This document shows, piece after piece, positions 26,124 through 38,566 of a DNA stretch of 64,000 bases (its first letter is position 1; each line of letters begins with the position of its first letter). This DNA is from Oikopleura dioica (taxonomy: Eukaryota > Animalia > Chordata): the NCBI GenBank assembly GCA_907165135.1, contig OU015570.1, positions 1,943,929-2,007,928 of the forward strand. The letters are read 5' to 3'. The notes under the pieces are model-generated. The model saw nothing but the letters and a program-made list of their open reading frames with translations. It searched no databases and was not told the origin of the DNA. Both the position numbers and the translations under genes were made by a program.

Positions 26124-27377
26124 TAGGGGGTGCACAGTGGGAAAAGCGATTCACAGCCCCCTTCCTTCATCTTTTATTTTAAGGGGCTTGACGGCCCTTC
26201 GGGCCGTTTCAGCCCCGTTCCTTCATTTTTAATTTTAAGGGGCTTGACGGCCCTTCGGGCCGTTTCAGCCCCGTTCCTTCATTCTTAATTTTAAGGGGCT
26301 TGACGGCCCTTCGGGCCGTTTCAGCCCCGTTCCTTCATTTTTAATTTTAAGGGGCTTGACGGCCCTTCGGGCCGTTTCAGCCCCGTTCCTTCATTTTAAT
26401 TTTAAGGGGCTTGACAGAGGCCTGGAACTCTGAGTTGATCAATCTCAGTTACGTCCCCAACCCCGCCCACTCCCATTGATATTTAAATTAAAATTATTCT
26501 TGTTTTTTGCTTTATTATGGTTTTTTTTTTCAATAAGCAAAATTTTCAAATTTTTCAATATTTCATTTTTTTTCCTCTGATGGCTGAGGATGGATCCGGA
26601 TGAGGTTTTTATGACGATAAAAATGATCAGTGATCTTCAGCGACCAATTTTATGCATAAAAACCCTAATATATATCGGGTTTGAGAAAAATCGCATTTTG
26701 ACCTCAGGTGATCTCACGTGACCTTTGATGACCCCAAGTCGCATGTTAACCGCATGGGACAGAAGGTGTATTCCACTGCACTTAAGGGCTTTTCAGCTCA
26801 ATAACTTCCGAACGAATCGTCCAAATTTGATGAAAATTAAAATGGTTATTCCTTCACTTTATTGGAACATGTCTGCCAAGTTTCAAGGAATTATCGGTTA
26901 CCGACCGCCCTCTGCACCGGATTATATGCGGCCTAATTGCCCTCCCGCTGAGTGTTTGCACATTGAAAACGAACCAATATCAAGGATTTTGTCTACTAAA
27001 AGGGCTTTTATATGTTTTTGGTACAGCTGATTTCAAATATTGACTTTACTTTTCCGAGAAATCTAAGTAAGAGATATTTTTTGAAATAACCAAGATATAA
27101 ATGACATTTTTTCTGCAATAAGGAAAAGAGTTATGCAAATTATGAAAGCAGATTTGAAATCTACACCCCGAAATTAGTATTGGGTATAATTTTCAAGTTT
27201 ATCCGATCAGTAGTTTTCTTAAGTGCAGTGGAATACACCTTCTGTCCGAGCACCTCTATCCCCCGATCTGTCCCATGCGGTTAAAATGATCAGTGGATCT
27301 TAGGCTTTCTATCGATGTATCATTCATCCCTATAAGAGGATGATAAAAAAATCGATTTTCCCACTGTGCACCCCCTA
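26124..27377. mobile_element. hAT-type non-autonomous element at the end of the env TM segment
   Basis: TIR TAGGGGGTGCACAGTGGG; 8-bp TSD TATATGCA at 26116-26123 and 27378-27385; internal inverted repeat of about 30 bp at about 26758 and 27248. Confidence 0.92.
26181..26415. repeat. Hairpin minisatellite, four 55-56 bp units plus a partial unit
   Basis: AAGGGGCTTGACGGCCCTTCGGGCCGTTTCAGCCCCGTTCCTTCATTTTTAATTTT repeated. Confidence 0.95.
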
Positions 27378-27766
27378 TATATGCACGACGCCGTTTCAAA
27401 TTATTGTTTTCGAAGAATTCGCAGATATCTAGGGATCTAAATCAGCTCAAACACATTGGTTTTCATGCAGTAGGCACGGGTAGAAGCACTAGCCGAATCT
27501 AGTGTTCAAATGCCAATAAAAAATATTGGACTTCCCATTAATAGTTTTACTCTGTTTAAGAGGTGCCCTGACTCTAGGTTCTGGTAGGCAGCCAGAAAGG
27601 GTATTTTTTTTTAATTAAGCCCAGAGGGTCCCTTAGGATTTGTCACTTAACATAATTTTTTTCTTTGCGATTTTTCTCCTTTGATATTTCAGTAATAACT
27701 TCAAATTGTTCAAAATGCTTTTATCCCGCTGCATAAACAAAGCAAAAAAAAGATGGAGGAAAATAT

Positions 27767-28631
27767 TGAGTACTCCCAAAAATCCTACTGTACAAAAATT
27801 TTTTGGTTTTGCCGTTACGAAAACTCGCGTCGCCGCTACCAAGTCACACTCATCATGGCGCGTCATACACGACCGAACTAGGTACCCGCTGAAAAAAATG
27901 AGTGGTCGATATTCAAGTCCTTTTTGAACGAAGCTTTGTGACTTTAGTAAATAAGTACCCAAAAGTTCAATTCCGAAGTCAAAAGTTCGAAAAAATTCGC
28001 TCCGATTCTAGCGCGCTCACTAAGCGTTTCCATTGCCACCAATCCGACGGACTTTGCGTGTTTATCCCTAAGAAAGGCGCGTCATGCTTCCTTTACTACG
28101 CCTCAGCTCCTGCGCGCTCATCAAGCGATGCAAAAGAGACTTTCATTTCACCATGTTTCTTCCCTCATCAGCTCAACACAACCGAATGATCACGATGTAC
28201 AACTCGCGCGCTCACAAAGCGCTGCTTACAAGTCTCAACGTTACTCCGTCTGTTCATCAGCAGGGCGCGCTATGCTCGAATGGCGTCGCCTCAAATTTTC
28301 GCGCGCTCACAAGCGCTGCCACCGAATCCAAAATTCGCAACTCCCGCTCAACGCGTCAAACCCCAGCGAACACGCCTTCTTCCTAGCGCGCTCACGAAGC
28401 GCAGCTATCACTTGTCCTATTTCGCTAACTATAAGAATGGGCGCGTCACGATTGACTTCACACGCTGCAGCTAAACGCGCGCTCACTAATCGCAGCGCTT
28501 TCTCAACAATAACCGGTTAACTCGTCAAGGGGCGCGTCACGCCTGTGAACACGCTTCACTTCTTACTCACACTACTCCAGCGCAACGCTCCTGCGCCGCG
28601 CTCCGCGTCTCTCAATGTCAAGCAGACAACA
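27767..28631 (+). repeat. Putative 3' LTR with an internal GCGCGCTCAC array
   Basis: Preceded by the purine tract AAAGATGGAGGAAAA-TA; TG start and ACAACA end; 3' part resembles LTR 2149-2418; no 5' LTR available for confirmation. Confidence 0.45.
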
Positions 28632-28729
28632 ATAGATGGAACACTATTCAATGAAAAATTTCTTGTTTTAATTTTCTCGTTCTCAAATGGTGTTAGTATT
28701 TTTCTGTATGTCACATTTTCTTTCTTTTT

Positions 28730-29149
28730 TCACATTTCCAGAATTTCGGAGTATTCTTTTATGATCGCTCGACACTTCTCCAAGGCCTCGATTTGCTCCT
28801 GTGTACTAAAAATTCAAATAAGGATTTCGATAATAAGTCAAAGCAAATGATTTTATGAAAATTGCTTTTACCTCATGGCTTTTTTCACCACCATAACGGT
28901 TGAGCGCGGACGTCGTTTAGTCTCGTTCTGGAATTCGATTTGAACCTCACCCGCTTCGGGTTGAAATTTAAAGTTGATGAACGCTTTGCGCGCGGTCTGA
29001 AGATTGCGCCGTTTTGTTTTCCATGTTCCAACTGAGGAACGTTCAGAATCGAGAAGAGCAGCTCTAAACTCTGCAGCCGTTAGGCACTTTTCAGGGCTCA
29101 ATCTCAGGCGAAGCAAGATCTTCCTTTGGGAATTGGTGTACTCAGCCAT
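28730..29149 (-). CDS. Two-exon ORF of about 117 aa, unknown function
   Basis: ATG at 29149; GT-AG intron 28871-28806 joins in frame to TQEQIEALEKCRAIIKEYSEILEM*. Confidence 0.45.
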
Positions 29150-29753
29150 TTTCTTCGACAAAAGAAGCAATTTTTGTGAAGATTTTAGACTCTAGATTTC
29201 TCAAAGAAAATATTTTTTGAATGAATTTAAGACCGCTGGAACATCTCAGATGTGCTCATCCGTGCATTAACCGTATTCCGTTAAGATATTTCTGGTGTTT
29301 TTCCTTTTTATGTTTACATCACTGTTTTCAATTGTTCAACCCGCCTACCACGTGCTGAAAAGCCAGGGAGGGGTATTGGGTTTTTGACTTTTGACTTATA
29401 TTTTACCATATAAATCACTTTCAAATCCTCAATTATCAACCAAAACCTCGCGCACATTCGTGGGTGAATGCGCGCTTATGTACATATTTCACAGGAAACC
29501 ATCCGCCCAACTATTTTTCACATGTACAACCGGTTCTTGATTACACTTCTCTCTGCTGCCACGTCGCCCATGTCTGGGCTGTTTTCCTCAATAAACTACG
29601 CATTTGCAAGCTCCTTTTTTCCCGAAAAGTTCTTCGCGTCCAAATACAGTTAAACCCAAGCAACTTAAGGCCACTTTTTTGAAAAAACCCCAAAATCTGT
29701 CATCCGAAAAAAATCCAACTTAAGGCCACTTTTTTTTCCATTTTTATTCACAG

Positions 29754-30146
29754 CGATAAAGTGCTCCTGCAGAAACTCAACACCCTCGTAAATTCACGTG
29801 TAAATTAGCGCTCCAATCGTTTATTCTAGTACAACAGTTGTCAAATCTAACAGCACGGGTCTACAGTAACTCCAGCAGTGATGATGGAATCCCGAGAGTC
29901 AGCACGTGTTGAAGAAATGAAGGAAGTTGCGTCTCCGATGAACTGAACAAACCTGAAAGTATGGTTACTCTGCTGTCTTCCTGTGTCTCTAAATAAAGTA
30001 ACGTGTATCACCTCGAGAATTTGAACGCTAAGCGTATGTGAAACGGGCGGCGTGAACTCGACCGACCGTTTCTTCGCGCGTAGGTTTTCTTCCCTTAGGG
30101 CAGGCGCGCCTGTCCTGGCCAAGCTATTTCCCACTAGAATCTAACG
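29754..30146 (-). repeat. 3' LTR
   Basis: Direct repeat of 46706-47098; preceded on the minus strand by the PPT AAATAGGGGGGA (about 30147-30158). Confidence 0.95.
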
Positions 30147-30191
30147 TCCCCCCTATTTGACCGAAGTAAACCTACTAAGCATAACCTACAT

Positions 30192-31498
30192 TTAATATCG
30201 TCCTCTTGAGTTGCCGCGGCCTCCGAATGATCCTCGTTTCGGCGCGAACCCGTGGTAGTTTCCGCGTGCTGGAGCCGGCCGTTTGTAAGCTCCTTCGCCC
30301 GAGAATCCGCCGGACGAGGTACCCCATGATCTTCCGCCCGTGTGAACCTTCCAGTGGCTTGCCCAACCCGGGAGTGCCACTTTTTCGACCAAATGACGGT
30401 TCTCCTCGATGTTGAAACGGGTCTCCAAGCATCGGAGTGTTCCGTTCGAGCAAACCGTTACCAAATTGCTTGGGCGAAGGTGATCCATGCCCAACACGTG
30501 ACAGAGCCTTGCTTTATCGCCCCACCTGGCACAGTACTGTACCGTTGTGTCGAGCGACCAGTCCTCCATTTCCTGGACCGACTGGATGTATTCTAACCCT
30601 GCGGCCTGGCTTTTCATCGCCATATCGCTCGTTTCGTCGATCCATCTTCTCAGCTCTTCTGGTGACGCGTTCTCCCCGGGTTTCTGATTGAGCTAAATCG
30701 AATTTAAATGGGAAATCAATTCGATACCCGCAGCGTTTTCTCCCACGATCTCTGCGGTTGTTTTTCCGTTGTAATTACTTACCCAGTTGGGGCTCAAGGC
30801 GCTAAAGAGGCCTCTGAGGCTCTCCACATTCGCGTTGATCAAATCCTTGATCACAACTTCACTCGCCAAGTTCCAGACGCGAGCTTTTAACTCCTCCACA
30901 TTGGCACACGAGTAGAGCTTCATCCTGAACCCCGACTGCCTTGGAAAGAGCAAATCGCCCACTGTCACGAGGTAAGAGTAGAAACCGCCGATCTTGCGGG
31001 GGCTGTCTATAAACTGATTCACCAGGTCCTGCGAACCCTTCAGCTGCAGCATCAGAAATGGAACACTCTGTGTACGAGTGGTCCACTACGCTTTATCGGT
31101 AAGTCCCGTGTTTTTCAAATGATTTCAAGGTCTACCTGTTCCTCCAGGAGGAAGATCTGGCGTTCAGCTTTCGCGATTCTGTCGCAGATCATTCGGAGAG
31201 CGGCCAAGAATTTTTTGACCTCTTCGTCATCCTCGTGTTTTTTCACGTCCTCGATCTTCTTGAACGTGTTTACGAACTGCGAGACCATGACCCCACACTT
31301 CAGCTCGTGTTTTGCCATTGCTGACTCCTCCGAGATCCTCATATCTCTAGCGAGATTATGTTGACCCGAGGTCATTCGGCGGTTGTCGTTTTGCTGGAAC
31401 ATGCTTCTCTCGACTTGAGCACCCGTGTTTTCGCCTAGATTCCGAAACGAAGGCCTGTCGGTCTCCATCGGAGCTGCTGAATCTTTTTTGGGCGGCAT
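30192..31498 (-). CDS. Accessory gene S3, about 400 aa in three exons, with RGG-rich C-terminus
   Basis: Exons 31498-31136, 31085-30747 and 30692-30192 join in frame via 50- and 54-nt GT-AG introns (second donor uncertain); TTTAG acceptor 5 nt before the ATG. Confidence 0.65.
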
Positions 31499-31642
31499 TC
31501 AGTCTAAATAAACCAAGAATCAACTAAATGAAACTAAATTTGGCTATTTCTGAAGGCCGCCGGCTTGGAATTTCCACGTGTTAATCTTCTTCCTCAGCTC
31601 CTAAATAGTGTTGTTAGGACTGAAATAACCGACGTATTTTAG

Positions 31643-33282
31643 CGAATTCCCGAAGCTTTATAAAAGGGACCTTCCGGCGGTGGAAGCTTTCTTCCAAGTT
31701 TTGGCTACTCGGCGTGAACTCCACCCGCATCGGGCTCGAGATCTTCTCTATGATTTCGAGTTCGATGCACGCTCTCAAAATCCCCAACGTGGAACTCGCC
31801 GTGCGTACCGGGACCCGAACACCGGCCGATCGACCCAAAACGTGACTTCCCTTCGCGCTTTATCCTCGATTTTCGAGGTGGAAGTCACTGATGCCCACAT
31901 CCGACGTGGCAAGATACCCGTGGTCGTTGCTATTCCCCACGATGGACGTGCTGTCAACCACCGATGTGAGGTCAAGCTCCCTAGCCCTGGGCAAGTCGCT
32001 CAACCCGTGCAATCACTCTACTGTGAGTATCAGCAGGCAATCAACAAGATTGACGATGACCGCGTCACTGAGGACGACCGTACTATCGCTTGCCGACGAT
32101 TTCTCGTGAAGATGCTCCGCCACGTGACTCTCCGCCTGGGCGACGCCCATTTTTTGTTTCACGTCATCGCGAAACACTTGCCGCACGAGATTGGAGGTGG
32201 TGACGTTCACCAGAAATTCCATTACAGCTTCTCGCACGCTCCGCCGTATCTCGTGTTCTTGCTGTGGGCCCTGGCTTTGCACTCGGTAATCTAGACTCAC
32301 GTGGACATTATAAATTTATTCTAATTTTTAGCGCGTGTTGCACGCTCGCCGATGGGGATGGACTCCTGAAAACGGGCGCCCGCACGGCCTAGTTTTCGAC
32401 AGGAGTTCCCTGCGGGACCCCGAATCTGAGCAGTCGAATGTACTTGCCTGTATCCGAAACATCTTGGGCGTCAACTTCAACAACCCCGAGCATGCGCAGC
32501 GTCGCATCCACCCCCATGACAACACTAAAGGTGAACCGCTTCTTCTTTTTTCCTCGGGCTAAAATAAATTTTTTAGTCCTTGTGACTCTCCACTTCAACG
32601 ACATGCCCCGGCTTTTCACCGATGCCAACGTTAGCATATTGCTTTTTGTGGCCCTCTACATGCACCAGTGCACGGAGCGCCACTCATTTGTAGCCCAAGT
32701 AAGAGTCCTTTACCTGCTTTTTTGATGACACGTGTTTTGCGCGGCTTCGTGGCTGCCGATGTAACGTCGGCCGGAAATTCATCTTTGTTTAGGATGAGTC
32801 CTGCGTAGTGTCCGTCTGTGGCCTCGTTTGGCTCGGTGGAGTTTTCTCGACGCCACGTGTACTCGTGAAATCCGGTGGGCTCCGGTTACTCTACGAGTTT
32901 TTTACGAAGGCCGGGATCTACTTTCCTAACTTTACCAAAAGGCGCGTCGACGGAGTCGAAAAGGACTACTTTCCCCGTGACGTCTTTTCTCATGCTCGTG
33001 AGTCTTTTTCCTTGGCTACAATTTCCTAACTTCTAACTAGGTTTGCACCGTGTATTCTGTAAGGGTAGCCTCGAATTATTTTTGGGGCTGGACCTCATAA
33101 AGGAGATCCTGAGGACCAACACGATGGAATTACCCGTGCTTCCTATCGTGCCCAATCCAATGGACGACATTCGCGCTCCTAACTGGCCCGCCATCGACTA
33201 CCTTACTGCTCAGCAAGAAGCCGCTGACCCGAATGCGCCAACTCCACTTGGGGGATACGGACGGATCTACTACCTGCTCTGA
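31643..33282 (+). CDS. Accessory antisense gene A1, at least 465 aa in five or more exons, unknown family
   Basis: GT-AG introns 32286-32331, 32531-32576, 32699-32792 and 32998-33040 all join adjacent ORFs in frame; possible first exon 31528-31577; AATAAA at about 33592. Confidence 0.8.
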
Positions 33283-33562
33283 TCCTTTCCTGGCTCCTCT
33301 TTGAACCTGACGATGTTTCCTCCACGTGTGGCTCCGCCCGAGTTTGTTTTCATTTTCTTAGTCGGCTGCGAGAAGTGGTATTCTTCCAGCCAACCTTAAC
33401 TTCCTTTTCCGCATTTACGTGTTTTGATTTCTCACCTTCTATTTTCTTCCGCTTTTCGGCTCTCGCCGCCATTTTCCCGAAATTATTCAGTATCGCCCGT
33501 CTAAGGCTGGCTTCGGTTTCAGCTTCATTTTTTCCGAACTTATCCACGACTCCTTTTCCCAT
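33270..33562 (-). CDS. Accessory gene S2, 83 aa, basic, two exons
   Basis: TTTCAG acceptor 3 nt before the ATG; 41-nt intron 33435-33395; stop overlaps the 3' end of A1. Confidence 0.55.
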
Positions 33563-33662
33563 TTTCTGAAACAAATTTCCATCATTTTCTTAATAAAACT
33601 TTTAAAACTTCAATATCTTTTCCGACATCGTTTATTGACTAGCTATTTGCAGAAACAGTCAG

Positions 33663-34390
33663 TCACGAGTAGCAAAATTTCCCGGGATCAGGATGAATTC
33701 TAGCCGCGGAGCATCGGGCCAGCATCTTCTCGGTCCATGTCTTTGTAAGTGAGTGAGACTTGAGAGTGATCATTAAAATTTCTAAATTACCCTCGTCAAA
33801 ACCAGCGAAACGTTGGAAACGTGCAGCGTCTTCTGCTCGACCAGCCAAGCTGTTGTTGACATCCCGTGCTCGAAGTGGACGTGCTTCCGAAGTTATGCCT
33901 CGAATATTCACCATTTCCCTCATCATAAGACCTGGGAAATTGCACGGGTCGACATCCAGTGTGCTCGCAACGCCGACCACGTCCTGGACCATCTTCTTGA
34001 ACTCGCCGATCATTCTGCGGTGCCCTCGACTCTGAGCTTCGACGACTGAAATTAAAACTAAGTCCTCGTTGATGTCACCACCACGAGATTACCTTCAATC
34101 AGATCGCTCAGCTCACTTCTCACACGTGCAATTCCAGCTTCAGCCGGGTTCACCAGCGCTGTGGTCACGGGACGAGACATTGCCCTGTCGATGGCAAGCC
34201 CGCACTCGGGGCAAGATGCGCATTCGTCAACGCATCCGATGCAGATTCGGTTGTCGCAGCTGTGAATCACACAACGGCGCTTGGTAAAGTCCATCTCACG
34301 GGTACATACTGAACATCGGCCCAAAACAGAGTCTGGGAAGTTATTCAGGAACATCCGAAGATTCACTCTTTCGACGCGGCCCTCGTCCAT
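33663..34390 (-). CDS. Accessory gene S1, 226 aa, degenerate RING-finger protein
   Basis: CSVC...CDNRICIGC...CPEC (Asn at the usual His position); 47-nt intron 34092-34046 joins in frame; acceptor 13 nt before the ATG; AATAAA at 33636-33631. Confidence 0.75.
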
Positions 34391-35560
34391 GACACCCGTG
34401 TTTCTAAAATCCCGAGTGACGTGAGTAAAATGGTAACATAAATCAAGACAGCTGGCAACAGTTTAACTCCATGGTAAAAATTATCTTCTCGATCATTTCT
34501 CTTTTTTCCATTTTTATTTATTTGTGAAATACGAAATATGAAACTCAACTCGTGCTCTCGTGTTTGCTAAAATACCGGTTGGCAGCTCGTCATTGGTCCT
34601 TGATTTCTGGCTCGACGCGGCCGCTTCTCGTCCTTACTCACTGCGCCATGTCGTTGGCTCGAAAAGAGAAAAGGCCTTGGGACGCGTCCGAAACCCTGCC
34701 TCATGCTGCTCCCCATCGGGAAGCAAAAATACCACGTGACTCTGACAATGCCCGAGCTTCAACCCGGGTCGATTCGCCGATGCCACCGCCACCGGTACCT
34801 CCGGGCGTTAACAGTATGTCGTCTACGCCGCTGAAGATAACTTCTGTCGTTCCGCAGCTCGACGAGAGCAGAATACCCTTGCCGTCACTTGGTGCCTCGG
34901 GTATGTCAGTTGACGATCCATCACTTGCACATGAGGCCACTGTTATTGCTCAAAGGTCTGAGCTTCACGTGGATGCCAGCAGTAACTCCGCGTCTGATGT
35001 TACTACCGCTATAATGACTAGTATGGGCAATATTCTTGACAAACATGTGCATAGGAAACCATTGAAGAGCGAGGCTGATTCAGCCGAATCGACACAGTTT
35101 CCACCATTGCCTGCTTTCTTGCCACGTGAGGACCCCCTTGCTCGAAGGTAAAAACCCCGAGCCACCTTAACTAACTTTCAGTTATTCTCTCGGGCATCTT
35201 CCTTCAAAACTCTTTCCTGAGTACGAGCTCGAACTTCTCAAGAACTTCTCAGAGGGGCCCCTTCTCATCCATCACGAGTTTGTAGATCTTCGCCGGCAAG
35301 CTGGGATGCCCCAAAAAATATTGCAGCATCCTTTCTCCCGAGTCAAGCAATTTCTACTTCCGAAACGAAGGCCTGTCGGTCTCCATCGGAGCTGCTGAAT
35401 CTTTTTTGGGCGGCATTCAGTCTAAATAAACCAAGAATCAACTAAATGAAACTAAATTTGGCTATTTCTGAAGGCCGCCGGCTTGGAATTTCCACGTGTT
35501 AATCTTCTTCCTCAGCTCCTAAATAGTGTTGTTAGGACTGAAATAACCGACGTATTTTAG

Positions 35561-37201
35561 CGAATTCCCGAAGCTTTATAAAAGGGACCTTCCGGCGGTG
35601 GAAGCTTTCTTCCAAGTTTTGGCTACTCGGCGTGAACTCCACCCGCATCGGGCTCGAGATCTTCTCTATGATTTCGAGTTCGATGCACGCTCTCAAAATC
35701 CCCAACGTGGAACTCGCCGTGCGTACCGGGACCCGAACACCGGCCGATCGACCCAAAACGTGACTTCCCTTCGCGCTTTATCCTCGATTTTCGAGGTGGA
35801 AGTCACTGATGCCCACATCCGACGTGGCAAGATACCCGTGGTCGTTGCTATTCCCCACGATGGACGTGCTGTCAACCACCGATGTGAGGTCAAGCTCCCT
35901 AGCCCTGGGCAAGTCGCTCAACCCGTGCAATCACTCTACTGTGAGTATCAGCAGGCAATCAACAAGATTGACGATGACCGCGTCACTGAGGACGACCGTA
36001 CTATCGCTTGCCGACGATTTCTCGTGAAGATGCTCCGCCACGTGACTCTCCGCCTGGGCGACGCCCATTTTTTTGTTTCACGTCATCGCGAAACACTTGC
36101 CGCACGAGATTGGAGGTGGTGACGTTCACCAGAAATTCCATTACAGCTTCTCGCACGCTCCGCCGTATCTCGTGTTCTTGCTGTGGGCCCTGGCTTTGCA
36201 CTCGGTAATCTAGACTCACGTGGACATTATAAATTTATTCTAATTTTTAGCGCGTGTTGCACGCTCGCCGATGGGGATGGACTCCTGAAAACGGGCGCCC
36301 GCACGGCCTAGTTTTCGACAGGAGTTCCCTGCGGGACCCCGAATCTGAGCAGTCGAATGTACTTGCCTGTATCCGAAACATCTTGGGCGTCAACTTCAAC
36401 AACCCCGAGCATGCGCAGCGTCGCATCCACCCCCATGACAACACTAAAGGTGAACCGCTTCTTCTTTTTTCCTCGGGCTAAAATAAATTTTTTAGTCCTT
36501 GTGACTCTCCACTTCAACGACATGCCCCGGCTTTTCACCGATGCCAACGTTAGCATATTGCTTTTTGTGGCCCTCTACATGCACCAGTGCACGGAGCGCC
36601 ACTCATTTGTAGCCCAAGTAAGAGTCCTTTACCTGCTTTTTTGATGACACGTGTTTTGCGCGGCTTCGTGGCTGCCGATGTAACGTCGGCCGGAAATTCA
36701 TCTTTGTTTAGGATGAGTCCTGCGTAGTGTCCGTCTGTGGCCTCGTTTGGCTCGGTGGAGTTTTCTCGACGCCACGTGTACTCGTGAAATCCGGTGGGCT
36801 CCGGTTACTCTACGAGTTTTTTACGAAGGCCGGGATCTACTTTCCTAACTTTACCAAAAGGCGCGTCGACGGAGTCGAAAAGGACTACTTTCCCCGTGAC
36901 GTCTTTTCTCATGCTCGTGAGTCTTTTTCCTTGGCTACAATTTCCTAACTTCTAACTAGGTTTGCACCGTGTATTCTGTAAGGGTAGCCTCGAATTATTT
37001 TTGGGGCTGGACCTCATAAAGGAGATCCTGAGGACCAACACGATGGAATTACCCGTGCTTCCTATCGTGCCCAATCCAATGGACGACATTCGCGCTCCTA
37101 ACTGGCCCGCCATCGACTACCTTACTGCTCAGCAAGAAGCCGCTGACCCGAATGCGCCAACTCCACTTGGGGGATACGGACGGATCTACTACCTGCTCTG
37201 A
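35561..37201 (+). pseudogene. Second copy of A1 with a 1-nt insertion in a T run
   Basis: Duplicate of 31643-33282; frameshift near 36070. Confidence 0.7.
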
Positions 37202-38309
37202 TCCTTTCCTGGCTCCTCTTTGAACCTGACGATGTTTCCTCCACGTGTGGCTCCGCCCGAGTTTGTTTTCATTTTCTTAGTCGGCTGCGAGAAGTGGTAT
37301 TCTTCCAGCCAACCTTAACTTCCTTTTCCGCATTTACGTGTTTTGATTTCTCACCTTCTATTTTCTTCCGCTTTTCGGCTCTCGCCGCCATTTTCCCGAA
37401 ATTATTCAGTATCGCCCGTCTAAGGCTGGCTTCGGTTTCAGCTTCATTTTTTCCGAACTTATCCACGACTCCTTTTCCCATTTTCTGAAACAAATTTCCA
37501 TCATTTTCTTAATAAAACTTTTAAAACTTCAATATCTTTTCCGACATCGTTTATTGACTAGCTATTTGCAGAAACAGTCAGTCACGAGTAGCAAAATTTC
37601 CCGGGATCAGGATGAATTCTAGCCGCGGAGCATCGGGCCAGCATCTTCTCGGTCCATGTCTTTGTAAGTGAGTGAGACTTGAGAGTGATCATTAAAATTT
37701 CTAAATTACCCTCGTCAAAACCAGCGAAACGTTGGAAACGTGCAGCGTCTTCTGCTCGACCAGCCAAGCTGTTGTTGACATCCCGTGCTCGAAGTGGACG
37801 TGCTTCCGAAGTTATGCCTCGAATATTCACCATTTCCCTCATCATAAGACCTGGGAAATTGCACGGGTCGACATCCAGTGTGCTCGCAACGCCGACCACG
37901 TCCTGGACCATCTTCTTGAACTCGCCGATCATTCTGCGGTGCCCTCGACTCTGAGCTTCGACGACTGAAATTAAAACTAAGTCCTCGTTGATGTCACCAC
38001 CACGAGATTACCTTCAATCAGATCGCTCAGCTCACTTCTCACACGTGCAATTCCAGCTTCAGCCGGGTTCACCAGCGCTGTGGTCACGGGACGAGACATT
38101 GCCCTGTCGATGGCAAGCCCGCACTCGGGGCAAGATGCGCATTCGTCAACGCATCCGATGCAGATTCGGTTGTCGCAGCTGTGAATCACACAACGGCGCT
38201 TGGTAAAGTCCATCTCACGGGTACATACTGAACATCGGCCCAAAACAGAGTCTGGGAAGTTATTCAGGAACATCCGAAGATTCACTCTTTCGACGCGGCC
38301 CTCGTCCAT
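37189..38309 (-). CDS. Second copies of S1 and S2
   Basis: No differences seen from 33270-34390 (offset 3919). Confidence 0.7.
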
Positions 38310-38566
38310 GACACCCGTGTTTCTAAAATCCCGAGTGACGTGAGTAAAATGGTAACATAAATCAAGACAGCTGGCAACAGTTTAACTCCATGGTAAAAAT
38401 TATCTTCTCGATCATTTCTCTTTTTTCCATTTTTATTTATTTGTGAAATACGAAATATGAAACTCAACTCGTGCTCTCGTGTTTGCTAAAATACCGGTTG
38501 GCAGCTCGTCATTGGTCCTTGATTTCTGGCTCGACGCGGCCGCTTCTCGTCCTTACTCACTGCGCC

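Larger units (their letters stand above)
24025..27502 (+). pseudogene. env: env-like glycoprotein interrupted by two MITEs
   Basis: Signal-like MARLGLLIGWLALVVTA, heptad-like region, Cys-rich segments and TM LIAVVIGVTLLALIFIVVVYA; the tail RRRFKLLF...SRI* is recovered after removing 26124-27377. Confidence 0.8.
19630..28631 (+). mobile_element. Decayed Tor-like Ty3/gypsy element (gag-PR-RT-RH-IN-env-putative 3' LTR) with nested MITEs
   Basis: Domain order and motifs are listed in the component features; 5' LTR not seen. Confidence 0.85.

Noticed and set aside
28011-28490. Repeat-spacer array as CRISPR
   Set aside because: Core is only 10-16 nt and degenerate, spacing is irregular, and it lies in a putative LTR.
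29847-30134. 95-aa ORF in both LTRs and many other short ORFs in the track
   Set aside because: No motifs; most are antisense shadows of real ORFs or chance frames in MITEs and repeats.
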